50,834 nucleotides of DNA from positions 1-50,834 of the forward strand of contig JBDRNC010000007.1 of assembly GCA_043811535.1 (NCBI GenBank). The letters run 5' to 3'. How positions within the stretch are numbered: the stretch's first letter is position 1; the number at the start of each line of letters is the position of its first letter. The notes below the pieces were generated by a model. The model did not search any database. It was given only the letters and a program-made list of their open reading frames with translations, and was not told the origin of the DNA. Below, piece by piece: positions 1-8,443 of this stretch. A program made the translations under genes and the position numbers. Source of the stretch: Elusimicrobiota bacterium (lineage in GTDB: Bacteria > Elusimicrobiota > Endomicrobiia > Endomicrobiales > JBDRNC01).

Positions 1-2
1 GT

Positions 3-770
3 GTAGGGTCAGGAGTTGGCGCAGTAGTTTAGGCTATGCCTATCTGTTTCTGTCCCTTTCGTCTGACAGTGCCTCATTAGCGTAACCATGCCCCGTTTCC
101 AACTCCTGCCACATCAAACCGTACGTGAGGTTTACCTCATACGGCTTACCGACAACATTCTTCTGTTGCATTCAAAGCGCCAGTTTCTCGGCTCTTCTTG
201 GCAGTCAGATATAACGTGCTCTGGAGTTCTCGTGATTTATACTATGGTGTTGTTGGCCGGTTAGGGCATGCACCGTCACTTACCTCTGTTACATGTCTTG
301 TTGAAGCAGAGACCCTTCCCCTATGAAAAGTTATGTTGTCTTTTCAATCATCGGTACTATGGCCTCATCCGACTTCTTGGCAGGCTTTTTTCGGAGTTTC
401 GCTTTCGCTTATATCCTTACTTTCGCATACTTCTGCGACCTGCCAAGATATCCCTTGTTTCATAGAATACTTTCACAGCATTCCGCTCCCCATACGCCGG
501 AGAGTTCTTCGGGGCTGCTCTTCCAGATTCTTCGCCCCTTCCATGGCTTTCGCTGCAATATGATCAGCTCGGCTCTCTCTCGTTTAAGCTAACGACGCTG
601 CAGGATTCCCTTTAATGGTACGGACTGCTGTTTTGCATCTCATTCGCTGAGATTTCATCCGCTTTGACGCATCCGGTCACCCAGTGCATCAGGATTTAGC
701 TATCTGGCTTTCTGGAAATTACCAGAGTCGGTCTTTCACCGACGAGTACTCTATGCCTTGCAAGGCACAC
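3..770 (-). mobile_element. Group II intron, ORF-less (IEP internally deleted)
   Basis: Minus strand starts GTGTGCC at 770. Domain V AAGCCGTATGAGGTAAACCTCACGTACGGTTT (147-116) has the AGC triad. A long domain VI ends GACCCTAC at 3. Domain III-like AGTCGGATGAGGCCATAGTACC...GGGAAGGG is present. Domain IV holds only a ~30-codon IEP remnant (KSRELQSTLYLTAKKSRE). Confidence 0.9.
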
Positions 771-816
771 CATTATGTATCTTATGCCTATTTTAGAAAT
801 GTATTTAACAATGTCC

Positions 817-893
817 TTAGCGGGAACACGGGGTAGGCGATTCAGCTCCGCCGCCCCCCCCTCCCCCCTATTTAAGTATTGTGTCCCCGGAAT
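817..893. repeat. Array element copy 1 (degenerate core, intact right arm)
   Basis: GCGGGAACACGGGGTAGG followed by ATTCAGCTCCGCC-polyC-CTATTTAAGTATTGTGTCCCCGGAAT, matching the right arms of copies 4 and 6. Confidence 0.75.
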
Positions 894-917
894 CTCCTAA
901 GTAAAATACACTGCATA

Positions 918-1946
918 CTAGTATTTGCTAATTAACACGTCATGGGCACTACTAGTAACTTCACCAGTATTTACATCTATCCATCTAAAACTTGCATATA
1001 TATAAGTTCCTGCTTTGCCTTCTTGAATTCCCTGCATAAATCCTTGTGCCAATCCTTGCCCAAATGCTTCACCAGGATTTCTTGGAGGCGGATAATTTTG
1101 TTGCGGAGGAGGAATGTATTCTTTATATATTTTATATGCTGATCCAACAATAATAAATCCGGCGTTAAGTATTTTACCAGTTTTAACATACTCGTATTCT
1201 GTTGCTCCCGACATTTGAAGTTTCATTTCATCAAATACTCTAGATAACTCACTTCTTTCAACTACTCTATACCCATTCATTTTAAGACTATTTATTATTT
1301 TATCCGTAACCCCATAATAATCATCTTTAAAAGGAGCAACTATCACAGTTCTTTTAGCCGATGCTTCAATAGCAGGAAGAAAGCCCATCTCTTTTGCTTT
1401 ATTAAGATAGTATTGTTCCATACCATATTCTTTCATATCATTATATACCAGTGCTTTAAAGAAATATGCATCAGGTGCTTTTTGAGGATTTATCTCAATA
1501 ACTTTATCAAAATCATTCTGCGCATCCTTAAATCTTCCGTCAGCCCCGTTAGCCATACCTCGAGTTAAATATATCTTTGAATCATCACTGTACTTTAATG
1601 CTTTATTGCACAATGAAATTGCTTTACCATATCTTTTAAGCTCCATATATACCATTGCTACATTATTATAAGCAACCCATAAATCAGGTTTTAGTTTTAT
1701 AGCTTTATTATATAAATCAATTATTTCATATTTATCCGAATAATTATTAATACTCATTAACCATGCTTTACAAAAATAACCATATGCCGAATCCGGTGAT
1801 ATTTCTATAATCTTTTCTCGAATCTCTTTTTTCCTTGCATTATCATCAGTCTGAAGAGACTCAACAAATAGCGCATTTAAATCAATCTGTTCTGCATTGA
1901 GTATTGAGCAACAAAACAATGAAATGAACAGAATAATATACGGCAT
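918..1946 (-). CDS. Secreted TPR-repeat protein with C-terminal CsgG/HfaB-like domain
   Basis: Signal peptide; TPR repeats (AYNNVAMVY, YLTRGMA, AYFFKALVY); VVERSELSRVFDEMKLQMSG...GKILNAGFIIVG. Confidence 0.75.
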   Translation of the reverse strand: MPYIILFISLFCCSILNAEQIDLNALFVESLQTDDNARKKEIREKIIEISPDSAYGYFCKAWLMSINNYSDKYEIIDLYNKAIKLKPDLWVAYNNVAMVYMELKRYGKAISLCNKALKYSDDSKIYLTRGMANGADGRFKDAQNDFDKVIEINPQKAPDAYFFKALVYNDMKEYGMEQYYLNKAKEMGFLPAIEASAKRTVIVAPFKDDYYGVTDKIINSLKMNGYRVVERSELSRVFDEMKLQMSGATEYEYVKTGKILNAGFIIVGSAYKIYKEYIPPPQQNYPPPRNPGEAFGQGLAQGFMQGIQEGKAGTYIYASFRWIDVNTGEVTSSAHDVLISKY

Positions 1947-1950
1947 ATAG

Positions 1951-2050
1951 TTTCTCCAAATTGGCTAGGGGATGGCTAAATACTACTTCTTTTGGCGGGA
2001 TCGTGGGGTAGGTGTCGCGCCCCAAGTATTCTAACTCCGCCCCACCCTAA
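1951..2050. repeat. Array element copy 2
   Basis: Core GCGGGATCGTGGGGTAGGTGTCGCGC at 1995-2020, with arms TAGGGGATGGCTAAATACT and AGTATTCTAACTCCGCCCCACCCTA. Confidence 0.9.
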
Positions 2051-2055
2051 ATCAA

Positions 2056-3162
2056 TTAGCGCTTAAATACATCATAATAATCATTCAATATATTTCGCCA
2101 TATCATTAGATTGTCTTCAAAATCGGCGTACTCTTTGTTGTTAACAATCTTACATTCTTCGATATAATAACCATCTGGATGACCTGCTAACCGAATAATA
2201 ACATTAATTGGTGTTTTGTCGGGCCCTAAACTATATTGACCACCAAGAGTAACATTCCTCCATAAAGATGGTTCTAGTGGATCCCTCCAATTTGATCCCT
2301 TAACCTTCGGAAGAGCATACTCTGCTGTTTGAATAAGATCAAGATAGGCCGAGAAAGCAATTGGATTTTTTACAGCACTTGGGGAACCATTAATAGAATT
2401 ATTTCTATCTGGATTGATAAATAGTATACGATAAGGTAGAGCCGGACAGGTAAACCAAATGCCTTTACAGTTTAAACGATAATAATTTACTATGTGAGTG
2501 TATTTTACTTCTGGAATTTGCGGACGGAAATTTTTATCTGCCGGCAAGTCGCTTAATATAAGCTGCAATGGATAGATAATTTGATTTGTTAAATCCAGCT
2601 CCGCTGATTCCCATGTAGATTCTCCCTTCCAGAGCATATCACCTTTTTTATTAAAGAACTCAACGGCAATTGTATGTGTATACGATGTAATTTGTTCAAC
2701 AGTTTGAGTTGCCGCTGTTTTTGAATTTGAGACCATTGCTCCAACTGTTCTTGCGATACTAACTCCAAGACCTGATGTCACCCCCACCCCCGAACCTGTG
2801 GAAAAAGCAGATATTTGTGTATTTTTCGAGTAAACACTAGAAGACATTCTCATTGTATCGTGTTTATCTGTTTTGTAAAGCATTTTGACCAAATAATCAT
2901 ACGTTTCGCTATTAATTTTGAAACCACGACGTTCTATTAAATGAATTAAAGAGGTGCGAAGGTTGTTTGATACAAGTTGTTCATCGCCAAGGAGTGGTGT
3001 TGTCGTTCCAATAGCTTCAATTTTTATACTTTTTGTTGGATCAATAACTTGACTCGACTTAAGTGAACGAGTCCAAGGTTGCGGTATTCGAAAAGACGGG
3101 ACGGTTGAACAACTAGTTAGTAGAAGAGAACAAAAAAAGCTAATAATAACATTTCTTTTCAT
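2056..3162 (-). CDS. Hypothetical lipoprotein
   Basis: Likely start MKRNVII after GGAGG SD; lipobox LLTSC; long ORF. Confidence 0.7.
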   Translation of the reverse strand: MKRNVIISFFCSLLLTSCSTVPSFRIPQPWTRSLKSSQVIDPTKSIKIEAIGTTTPLLGDEQLVSNNLRTSLIHLIERRGFKINSETYDYLVKMLYKTDKHDTMRMSSSVYSKNTQISAFSTGSGVGVTSGLGVSIARTVGAMVSNSKTAATQTVEQITSYTHTIAVEFFNKKGDMLWKGESTWESAELDLTNQIIYPLQLILSDLPADKNFRPQIPEVKYTHIVNYYRLNCKGIWFTCPALPYRILFINPDRNNSINGSPSAVKNPIAFSAYLDLIQTAEYALPKVKGSNWRDPLEPSLWRNVTLGGQYSLGPDKTPINVIIRLAGHPDGYYIEECKIVNNKEYADFEDNLMIWRNILNDYYDVFKR

Positions 3163-3273
3163 AATTCCTCCACAGAAATACCACGCTCTATGAGAGTGTG
3201 GCCACAGTTTCATTAAATATGTAATTCGTCGTTGAATTGCATACTAATATTCCTCTCCGCAAAACAAATATTC

Positions 3274-3666
3274 TTATTTACTTTTGTCTGCTTTTTCTAA
3301 TGGTGCATTTATTTCTGTTTGATCAAAATGATTCCATGAACTTGTAATGCCATCAACAACCAATGGTATTGCCAAAACAATCGAGAAAATAAGATCCAAT
3401 GTTAACCAACCAGCTCCGATACTACTGCTCATATGCATAAATGAATCCTCGTAACCTTCTTTCTTGATTTCAATATTATATGTTTTATTCAATTTTAATT
3501 TTGTTTGCAAAGGCGTGTCTCCTGTGTAGAAATTATTTATGTAAACCCTGGCACCAGATGGATCTGAATTCACGGTTACCTTTTGAGAAGATCCTTTAAA
3601 TACTGTGGCACAACCTGTTTGAGTAACAATAAGCATAAAAATAATTAAGAAACGTAAATTAATCAT
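3274..3666 (-). CDS. PEGA-domain lipoprotein
   Basis: GCATVFKGSSQKVTVNSDPSGARVYIN...GDTP...IKKEGY PEGA pattern; GGAGG SD before MINLRF. Confidence 0.8.
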   Translation of the reverse strand: MINLRFLIIFMLIVTQTGCATVFKGSSQKVTVNSDPSGARVYINNFYTGDTPLQTKLKLNKTYNIEIKKEGYEDSFMHMSSSIGAGWLTLDLIFSIVLAIPLVVDGITSSWNHFDQTEINAPLEKADKSK

Positions 3667-3735
3667 AATTCCTCCGAATAAATAACTACACTTCAATAGT
3701 CAATAGGAAACGGTAAGAAAATAGTTGCTTTTGTT

Positions 3736-3797
3736 ACTTCTTTTGGCGGGATCGTGGGGTAGGTTTCGCGCTAAAATTCGCTAGAAAAATGATACTG
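3736..3797. repeat. Array element copy 3 (subtype B right arm)
   Basis: Core at 3746-3771, then CTAAA...AAATGATACTG as in copy 7. Confidence 0.9.
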
Positions 3798-3850
3798 TTA
3801 TTGTATATATATATAATTCAAAATAAGCAAGATTATTGAAAGTTAATTCA

Positions 3851-4900
3851 TCAGATGTCAAGTGCATACCCGAAAGCAATACTTATTCTTTTATATGAAT
3901 CGTCAATATTTGGAGAGTTGTTTTTTGATATCTCTTCTCCTAGATTAACAGAATACATAATATCAAAACAAGATGAATCATTAATTACATATCCCAACCC
4001 TAATGCATAGTATATACCGCCACCTAAATCATAGTCACCCAAATAATGACTGAAAGAATAACTTTCACTACCGGAATAGATAATACTATAGCCAAGATTT
4101 ATTTTAAAATACATTCTTGGATTAGGAAATACATGATATTTAAACAAACCATAAATAGGAGCAAAATTAAACCAATTTCCAGATGTCATATCTCTATGAA
4201 ATTGGTATTCAAATCCTATTCCCAGCCCAATTTTATTTGAATGAGGAAATAAGTATTCCCCTCCAAGACTAAAACCCATTTTTGTATCGAAATCCCACTC
4301 TATTCCAGAATTACGATACTGTTCAGTAAGTATTCCTGGCGCATCAACAACCACTCTCAATAATAATTTACTGGTAGAATCATCCAAATAATACACTTCC
4401 TCGTCATCTGCGGAATATGGCATCTTTCTTTTTGTCTTTTCCATTATGTCAACATTGGAAGTAACCAATACTTCACCGGTTTCTGTTCTTACCACTCTGG
4501 CATTTATTGTTAAAGTATTTTCATCTTTTCTGTGTATTGTACCGATTATTAACGCATCAACTCCGAGTATCTTTCCTATTTGTTTTGTTGTTTCCGGATC
4601 AATAATACCAGATGATTCAATTTTCAACTCTCGAAGAACTGCTTCGAGATTCTCTCTTTCTACAACTTGCAGTTTTCTTATCTTAACTATCCGAGTTAAT
4701 AAGTTCTCAGAAATAATTATTCCCTTGCTTTGGTTCTGGTCATCTATGTTCTTGAAAGGAATTACAGCAACTTTGGGATTATTAAGTAATGTATTCGATC
4801 CTGATAGCTCTATGGCCATTTTTTCATAGGGGTCTGTTGCACCAAATAAACACACCGGAAACACCACACATACCATTAATAAAACTAGTGTTCTTTTCAT
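3851..4900 (-). CDS. CsgG/FlgO-like domain fused to outer-membrane beta-barrel
   Basis: Signal peptide MKRTLVLL; VVERENLEAVLRELKIESSGIIDPETTKQIGKILGVDALIIG; C-terminal amphipathic beta strands ending AFGYALDI. Confidence 0.75.
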   Translation of the reverse strand: MKRTLVLLMVCVVFPVCLFGATDPYEKMAIELSGSNTLLNNPKVAVIPFKNIDDQNQSKGIIISENLLTRIVKIRKLQVVERENLEAVLRELKIESSGIIDPETTKQIGKILGVDALIIGTIHRKDENTLTINARVVRTETGEVLVTSNVDIMEKTKRKMPYSADDEEVYYLDDSTSKLLLRVVVDAPGILTEQYRNSGIEWDFDTKMGFSLGGEYLFPHSNKIGLGIGFEYQFHRDMTSGNWFNFAPIYGLFKYHVFPNPRMYFKINLGYSIIYSGSESYSFSHYLGDYDLGGGIYYALGLGYVINDSSCFDIMYSVNLGEEISKNNSPNIDDSYKRISIAFGYALDI

Positions 4901-4915
4901 ATAGTAAATTGGAAC

Positions 4916-5018
4916 AGAGTTAAATATTGCCTTCTTTTGGCGGGATCGTGGGATAGGTATCGCGCTTAAAATCATTCAGCTCCGCCCCCCCCTATTTAAG
5001 TGTTGTGTCCCCGGAATT
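4916..5018. repeat. Array element copy 4
   Basis: Core at 4940-4965, then TTAAAATCATTCAGCTCCGCCCCCCCCTATTTAAGTGTTGTGTCCCCGGAATT. Confidence 0.9.
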
Positions 5019-5248
5019 GAAATATCTTTTGGTGAACAAAAGGAACATGATAAATGCAAGGGAACCAATCACGCCTGTTATTATCATAGAAGAGGACATG
5101 GAAGACAACTGTTGTTTCATTATTTCCATCTGCGCGGCAGGGATATTCATTTTTTCGTAATAAACCCAGGCCCCGCCGCGAAGAAAGGTGATTGTCCATG
5201 AAAGAGTCCACCCCAATGTCAATATGAGCGCTGCCCGCCATGCCTGGA
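4992..5248 (-). pseudogene. 3' fragment duplicate of membrane protein gene 8417-9376
   Basis: 257 bp match to 8417-8673 with 11 substitutions; no 5' part. Confidence 0.85.
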
Positions 5249-5275
5249 TTTTGCCTTTTTACATGGAAGGTGAAA

Positions 5276-5485
5276 TTATTTAGTCTTTCTAAAAAGTGTC
5301 GCTATCGCCCAAACAATAAATCTCAACGTAAAACCCAAACACAAACAGAAAATAAAAAAAAGGTCTCGTTCGGGGTCCTTCGGGCTGCTTCTAAAAGCTG
5401 CATAATTTGCCATAATTGACAACATAAATATTGCCAATACAATTAACCCTTCTCTTGCAATAATCTTTTGGGTCTTTAATTCCAT
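5276..5485 (-). CDS. Small two-TM membrane protein
   Basis: 69 aa, two hydrophobic segments, SD-like GGGGT upstream. Confidence 0.55.
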   Translation of the reverse strand: MELKTQKIIAREGLIVLAIFMLSIMANYAAFRSSPKDPERDLFFIFCLCLGFTLRFIVWAIATLFRKTK

Positions 5486-5553
5486 AACATTACCCCTTTT
5501 AAGTAAAAGGCGAATATTGCTACTTACATTTGGTTTTTAAGTCATATTGTATC

Positions 5554-6612
5554 TTATGTCAGCTTTCTGGACTGCCATACCTTGAACGCCGGTTCATCCC
5601 AATAGCCCTTTTCGTCCTTTTTCCTGTCTATTTCCGCCGCTTTAACCTGCTTGGTAAAATCTGTAGCGACAACTGATATCCTGAATGTTCCCCTTAACGC
5701 CTGGTCAAGCACCTGCCCGTAATATATATGCGCGTCGCGGGATACCCTGGAATGTATGATATCCATTGCTTCCTCTATCTCGCCTATTGTGATGTCCATG
5801 CCGCCGAAAATATTGACCAGAACCCTACCGGCTCCGTTGATAGTCACTTCTTCAAGCAAAGGGCTATTTACGGCCTGATTTGCGGCATCCTTTGCCCTTG
5901 TGGTCTGGTTGAAGCTCTCTCCCATGCCAATGAACGCCTCTCCAGAGTTCTGCAGTATTGCCTTTAAGTCGGCCATGTCGCGGTTGATCATGCCGTGTTT
6001 TGTGATTATCTCGGATACTGACCTGACCGTGCGGCACAGGACCGCATCAACGTTCTTAAAGGCGCTCTGTGCGTTTGTCTGCTTGTCATGCAGGCTTAAT
6101 ACCTTTTCATTTGGTATGACAATCGTCGTATCGCAGTGATCCTTCATATTCAAGATACCGTTCTCGGCTTGTTGCATCCTGACCTTCCCCTCAAAGATAA
6201 AGGGTTTGGTCACTATGCCGATGGTAAGAACGCCTAATGACTTGGCGATTGAAGCGACTACAGGTGCTCCGCCTGTGCCTGTGCCGCCGCCCATGCCGGC
6301 AGTTATGAATACCATATCAGTCCCCGCAAGCATATGATTCAATCGCCGGCTATTTTCCTCGGTGCACTGGCGCCCCATTACCGGATTCCCGCCGACACCC
6401 AGTCCCTTGGATATCTTTTCGCCTAACTGCACCTTTGTCGGGGCGGCTGACTTCGCAAGAGCCTGGACATCGGTGTTGGCCGCAATAAACTCCACACCCT
6501 GGATCTTCTGGTCCACCATGTGGCTTACGGCGTTTGAACCGCCGCCGCCGACACCGATGACCTTAATTACGGCCCGCTTTTCTGAGGCTTCAACCGAAAG
6601 TTTTATATCCAT
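5554..6612 (-). CDS. ftsZ: Cell division protein FtsZ (orphan copy outside dcw cluster)
   Basis: IKVIGVGGGGSNAV, NTDVQAL, GMGGGTGTGGAPVVA, PFIFEG, T7 loop INRDMAD, C-terminal DEPAF. Confidence 0.95.
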   Translation of the reverse strand: MDIKLSVEASEKRAVIKVIGVGGGGSNAVSHMVDQKIQGVEFIAANTDVQALAKSAAPTKVQLGEKISKGLGVGGNPVMGRQCTEENSRRLNHMLAGTDMVFITAGMGGGTGTGGAPVVASIAKSLGVLTIGIVTKPFIFEGKVRMQQAENGILNMKDHCDTTIVIPNEKVLSLHDKQTNAQSAFKNVDAVLCRTVRSVSEIITKHGMINRDMADLKAILQNSGEAFIGMGESFNQTTRAKDAANQAVNSPLLEEVTINGAGRVLVNIFGGMDITIGEIEEAMDIIHSRVSRDAHIYYGQVLDQALRGTFRISVVATDFTKQVKAAEIDRKKDEKGYWDEPAFKVWQSRKLT

Positions 6613-6736
6613 ATAGATATTCCATTATAAAATAAGTAATTCACTGATACATAACTTGGGGAAGGTCAGTTCAACCATAATACATAGATCAAAGCCTTTT
6701 TCACATACCCTCCCAATATTCTTGAATGGAATTAGA

Positions 6737-6823
6737 TAGGGGATGTCTAAATACCACTTCTTTTGGCGGGATCGTGGGGCAGGTATCGCGCTTAAAATCA
6801 TTCAGCTCCGCCCCCTCCTATTT
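6737..6823. repeat. Array element copy 5
   Basis: TAGGGGATGTCTAAATACCACTTCTTTTG, core 6766-6791, TTAAAATCATTCAGCTCCGCCCCCTCCTA. Confidence 0.9.
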
Positions 6824-6837
6824 CTTCTTGTTTTCTT

Positions 6838-7623
6838 TCATATTTTGTCAAAAATGGAATCCAATAATTCTTGCTCAAGAATGCCTTTTGATTTGCATTT
6901 ACGCCATCCATCTATATTATTAAATGCCTCGACGTCGCACGTAATCCTGATATTACAGCTCTGTTGGTCAATTTGTCTAAGGAGAATATTGTATTTAAAG
7001 CGGCCAGCTTTCCACACAGCCATAAAAACCGAAGGTCTTTCTGAAATTCGCTTGATTTCATCATCAGCGACGAAGTTATCTTTACTTGAGAATGACAAGT
7101 TATCCTCGAATACTATATCCTTGCTGCTTAAAACGCCACTTTCTTTGTCTATTATATTCGTAACAATTCCCTTTTCTGCGAATGTTTGTAGTAGTGCGCC
7201 CCAAACCACATTATATGGATAGGAAATATCCTTCCCTGATTTACTTATTTTCTGCTCTATTTTCTCGAACATCTGATCATAGACGCTCTGCACCTGCTTA
7301 TCGTCGATTTTTATACTCGATTTTTGGGTTATATAAATATAGTTGAGGGTCACCGTAATATTACTGTCAGATTTATCAATCCTAGCAGAGACGCTGTCAA
7401 TCACGTCTTTGTTGGGGATTCTCTGCTCAGTTGAGATTAGGCCGGTGCTTATGTCTGATTTTTCTATTTTATAACCGAATCCTTGAAGCATAGTTTGGAC
7501 AGCATTAAACACAATGTCATATTTGGTTGAATATATCCGCGCCGTATTTAATGGAGTTTTTGCAAATACTATTACGGTCATCCCTAATAACACAGAAACC
7601 AAGATAATCTTCTTGCCCTTCAT
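6838..7623 (-). CDS. Secreted hypothetical protein with two repeated alpha/beta domains
   Basis: Signal peptide; internal repeat YDIVFNAVQTMLQGFGYKIEKSDISTGLIST / YNVVWGALLQTFAEKGIVTNIIDKESGVLSS. Confidence 0.7.
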   Translation of the reverse strand: MKGKKIILVSVLLGMTVIVFAKTPLNTARIYSTKYDIVFNAVQTMLQGFGYKIEKSDISTGLISTEQRIPNKDVIDSVSARIDKSDSNITVTLNYIYITQKSSIKIDDKQVQSVYDQMFEKIEQKISKSGKDISYPYNVVWGALLQTFAEKGIVTNIIDKESGVLSSKDIVFEDNLSFSSKDNFVADDEIKRISERPSVFMAVWKAGRFKYNILLRQIDQQSCNIRITCDVEAFNNIDGWRKCKSKGILEQELLDSIFDKI

Positions 7624-7740
7624 AGTGTCTCCTCTGTTTCGGCGATATTATATTCTACGTCCATGATTCGCCGATTATTCTTTATAAAACTACTCAATAG
7701 ACATCCTTGTTTTTCTGACACTTTTTTAATGTCTATGGTT

Positions 7741-7779
7741 TAGGGGACGGAGTTAAAATATTAACTCTGACCACTTTAT
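7741..7779. repeat. Short palindrome related to the array-element arms
   Basis: TAGGGGACGGAGTTAA-AATA-TTAACTCTGACC; left arm resembles the reverse complement of the copy 2 right arm (GGGGCGGAGTTAGAA). Confidence 0.55.
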
Positions 7780-7792
7780 TTCGACTCAAAGA

Positions 7793-8311
7793 CTATAATT
7801 TGTCGTAAATATCTTTTGGCTTATTAGCAAATACTATACTTCCCCTATGTGTCGGAGCATAGGTGGAAACGTTATAACACCTATACGTTCCATCCCTACA
7901 TAGAACTTCAAATTGATCTATTTCATAGTCACAGGATACCAATTTATCTAATTTGAACCAGTACTCATACTTTAAATCCGGCCTTATATTATATGACCTG
8001 GAACCGACTGTTGGCCAAGGCGATTCCACGCACATTCTGTTGCTCCATTTATCAACAGTATTATATTCAATTACATTTCCTTTAAATAATACTCTTCCAT
8101 CCCCTTTTTTAGGATCCATTCCTTTTCTTGGAGCATATGTTTTTGGAACGTATATGAATAAATCGAAAGGGAACTGCAATTCTTCAAGTTTGCTTTCAAT
8201 ATTTAGGGATGTCTTTGCAGAGTATTGTATTGAGGTATATTTATTCAACGCAAGGAAATCCCGATGGTCTTCGCCCCATATTTTTGGCCCAATAAGTATT
8301 ATAGAATCCAT
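7793..8311 (-). CDS. Hypothetical protein
   Basis: 172-aa AT-rich ORF; GGAGA SD supplied by the adjacent repeat. Confidence 0.6.
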   Translation of the reverse strand: MDSIILIGPKIWGEDHRDFLALNKYTSIQYSAKTSLNIESKLEELQFPFDLFIYVPKTYAPRKGMDPKKGDGRVLFKGNVIEYNTVDKWSNRMCVESPWPTVGSRSYNIRPDLKYEYWFKLDKLVSCDYEIDQFEVLCRDGTYRCYNVSTYAPTHRGSIVFANKPKDIYDKL

Positions 8312-8313
8312 AA

Positions 8314-8443
8314 TTTCTCCAAATTGGTTAGAGGGTAGCTAAACACTACTTCTTTTTGCGGGATCGTGGGGTAGGTATCGCGCTTAAAATCATTCAGCTC
8401 CGCCCCCCTCCCCCCCCTATTTAAGTGTTGTATCCCCGGAATT
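8314..8443. repeat. Array element copy 6
   Basis: Core at 8358-8383; left arm shared with copy 2, right arm with copies 1 and 4. Confidence 0.9.

Noticed and set aside
268..592. Plus-strand ORFs at 268-592
   Set aside because: They lie antisense within the group II intron RNA; no protein motifs
1994..2005. Core GGCGGGATCGTG as RfaH ops element (GGCGGTAGCGTG) or sigma54 promoter
   Set aside because: The similarity is on the strand opposite to all the genes, with mismatches at conserved positions, and there is no -12 GC
1986..2020. Core hairpin as an intrinsic terminator
   Set aside because: On the coding (minus) strand the stem is followed by an A-rich rather than U-rich tract, and the stem is weak
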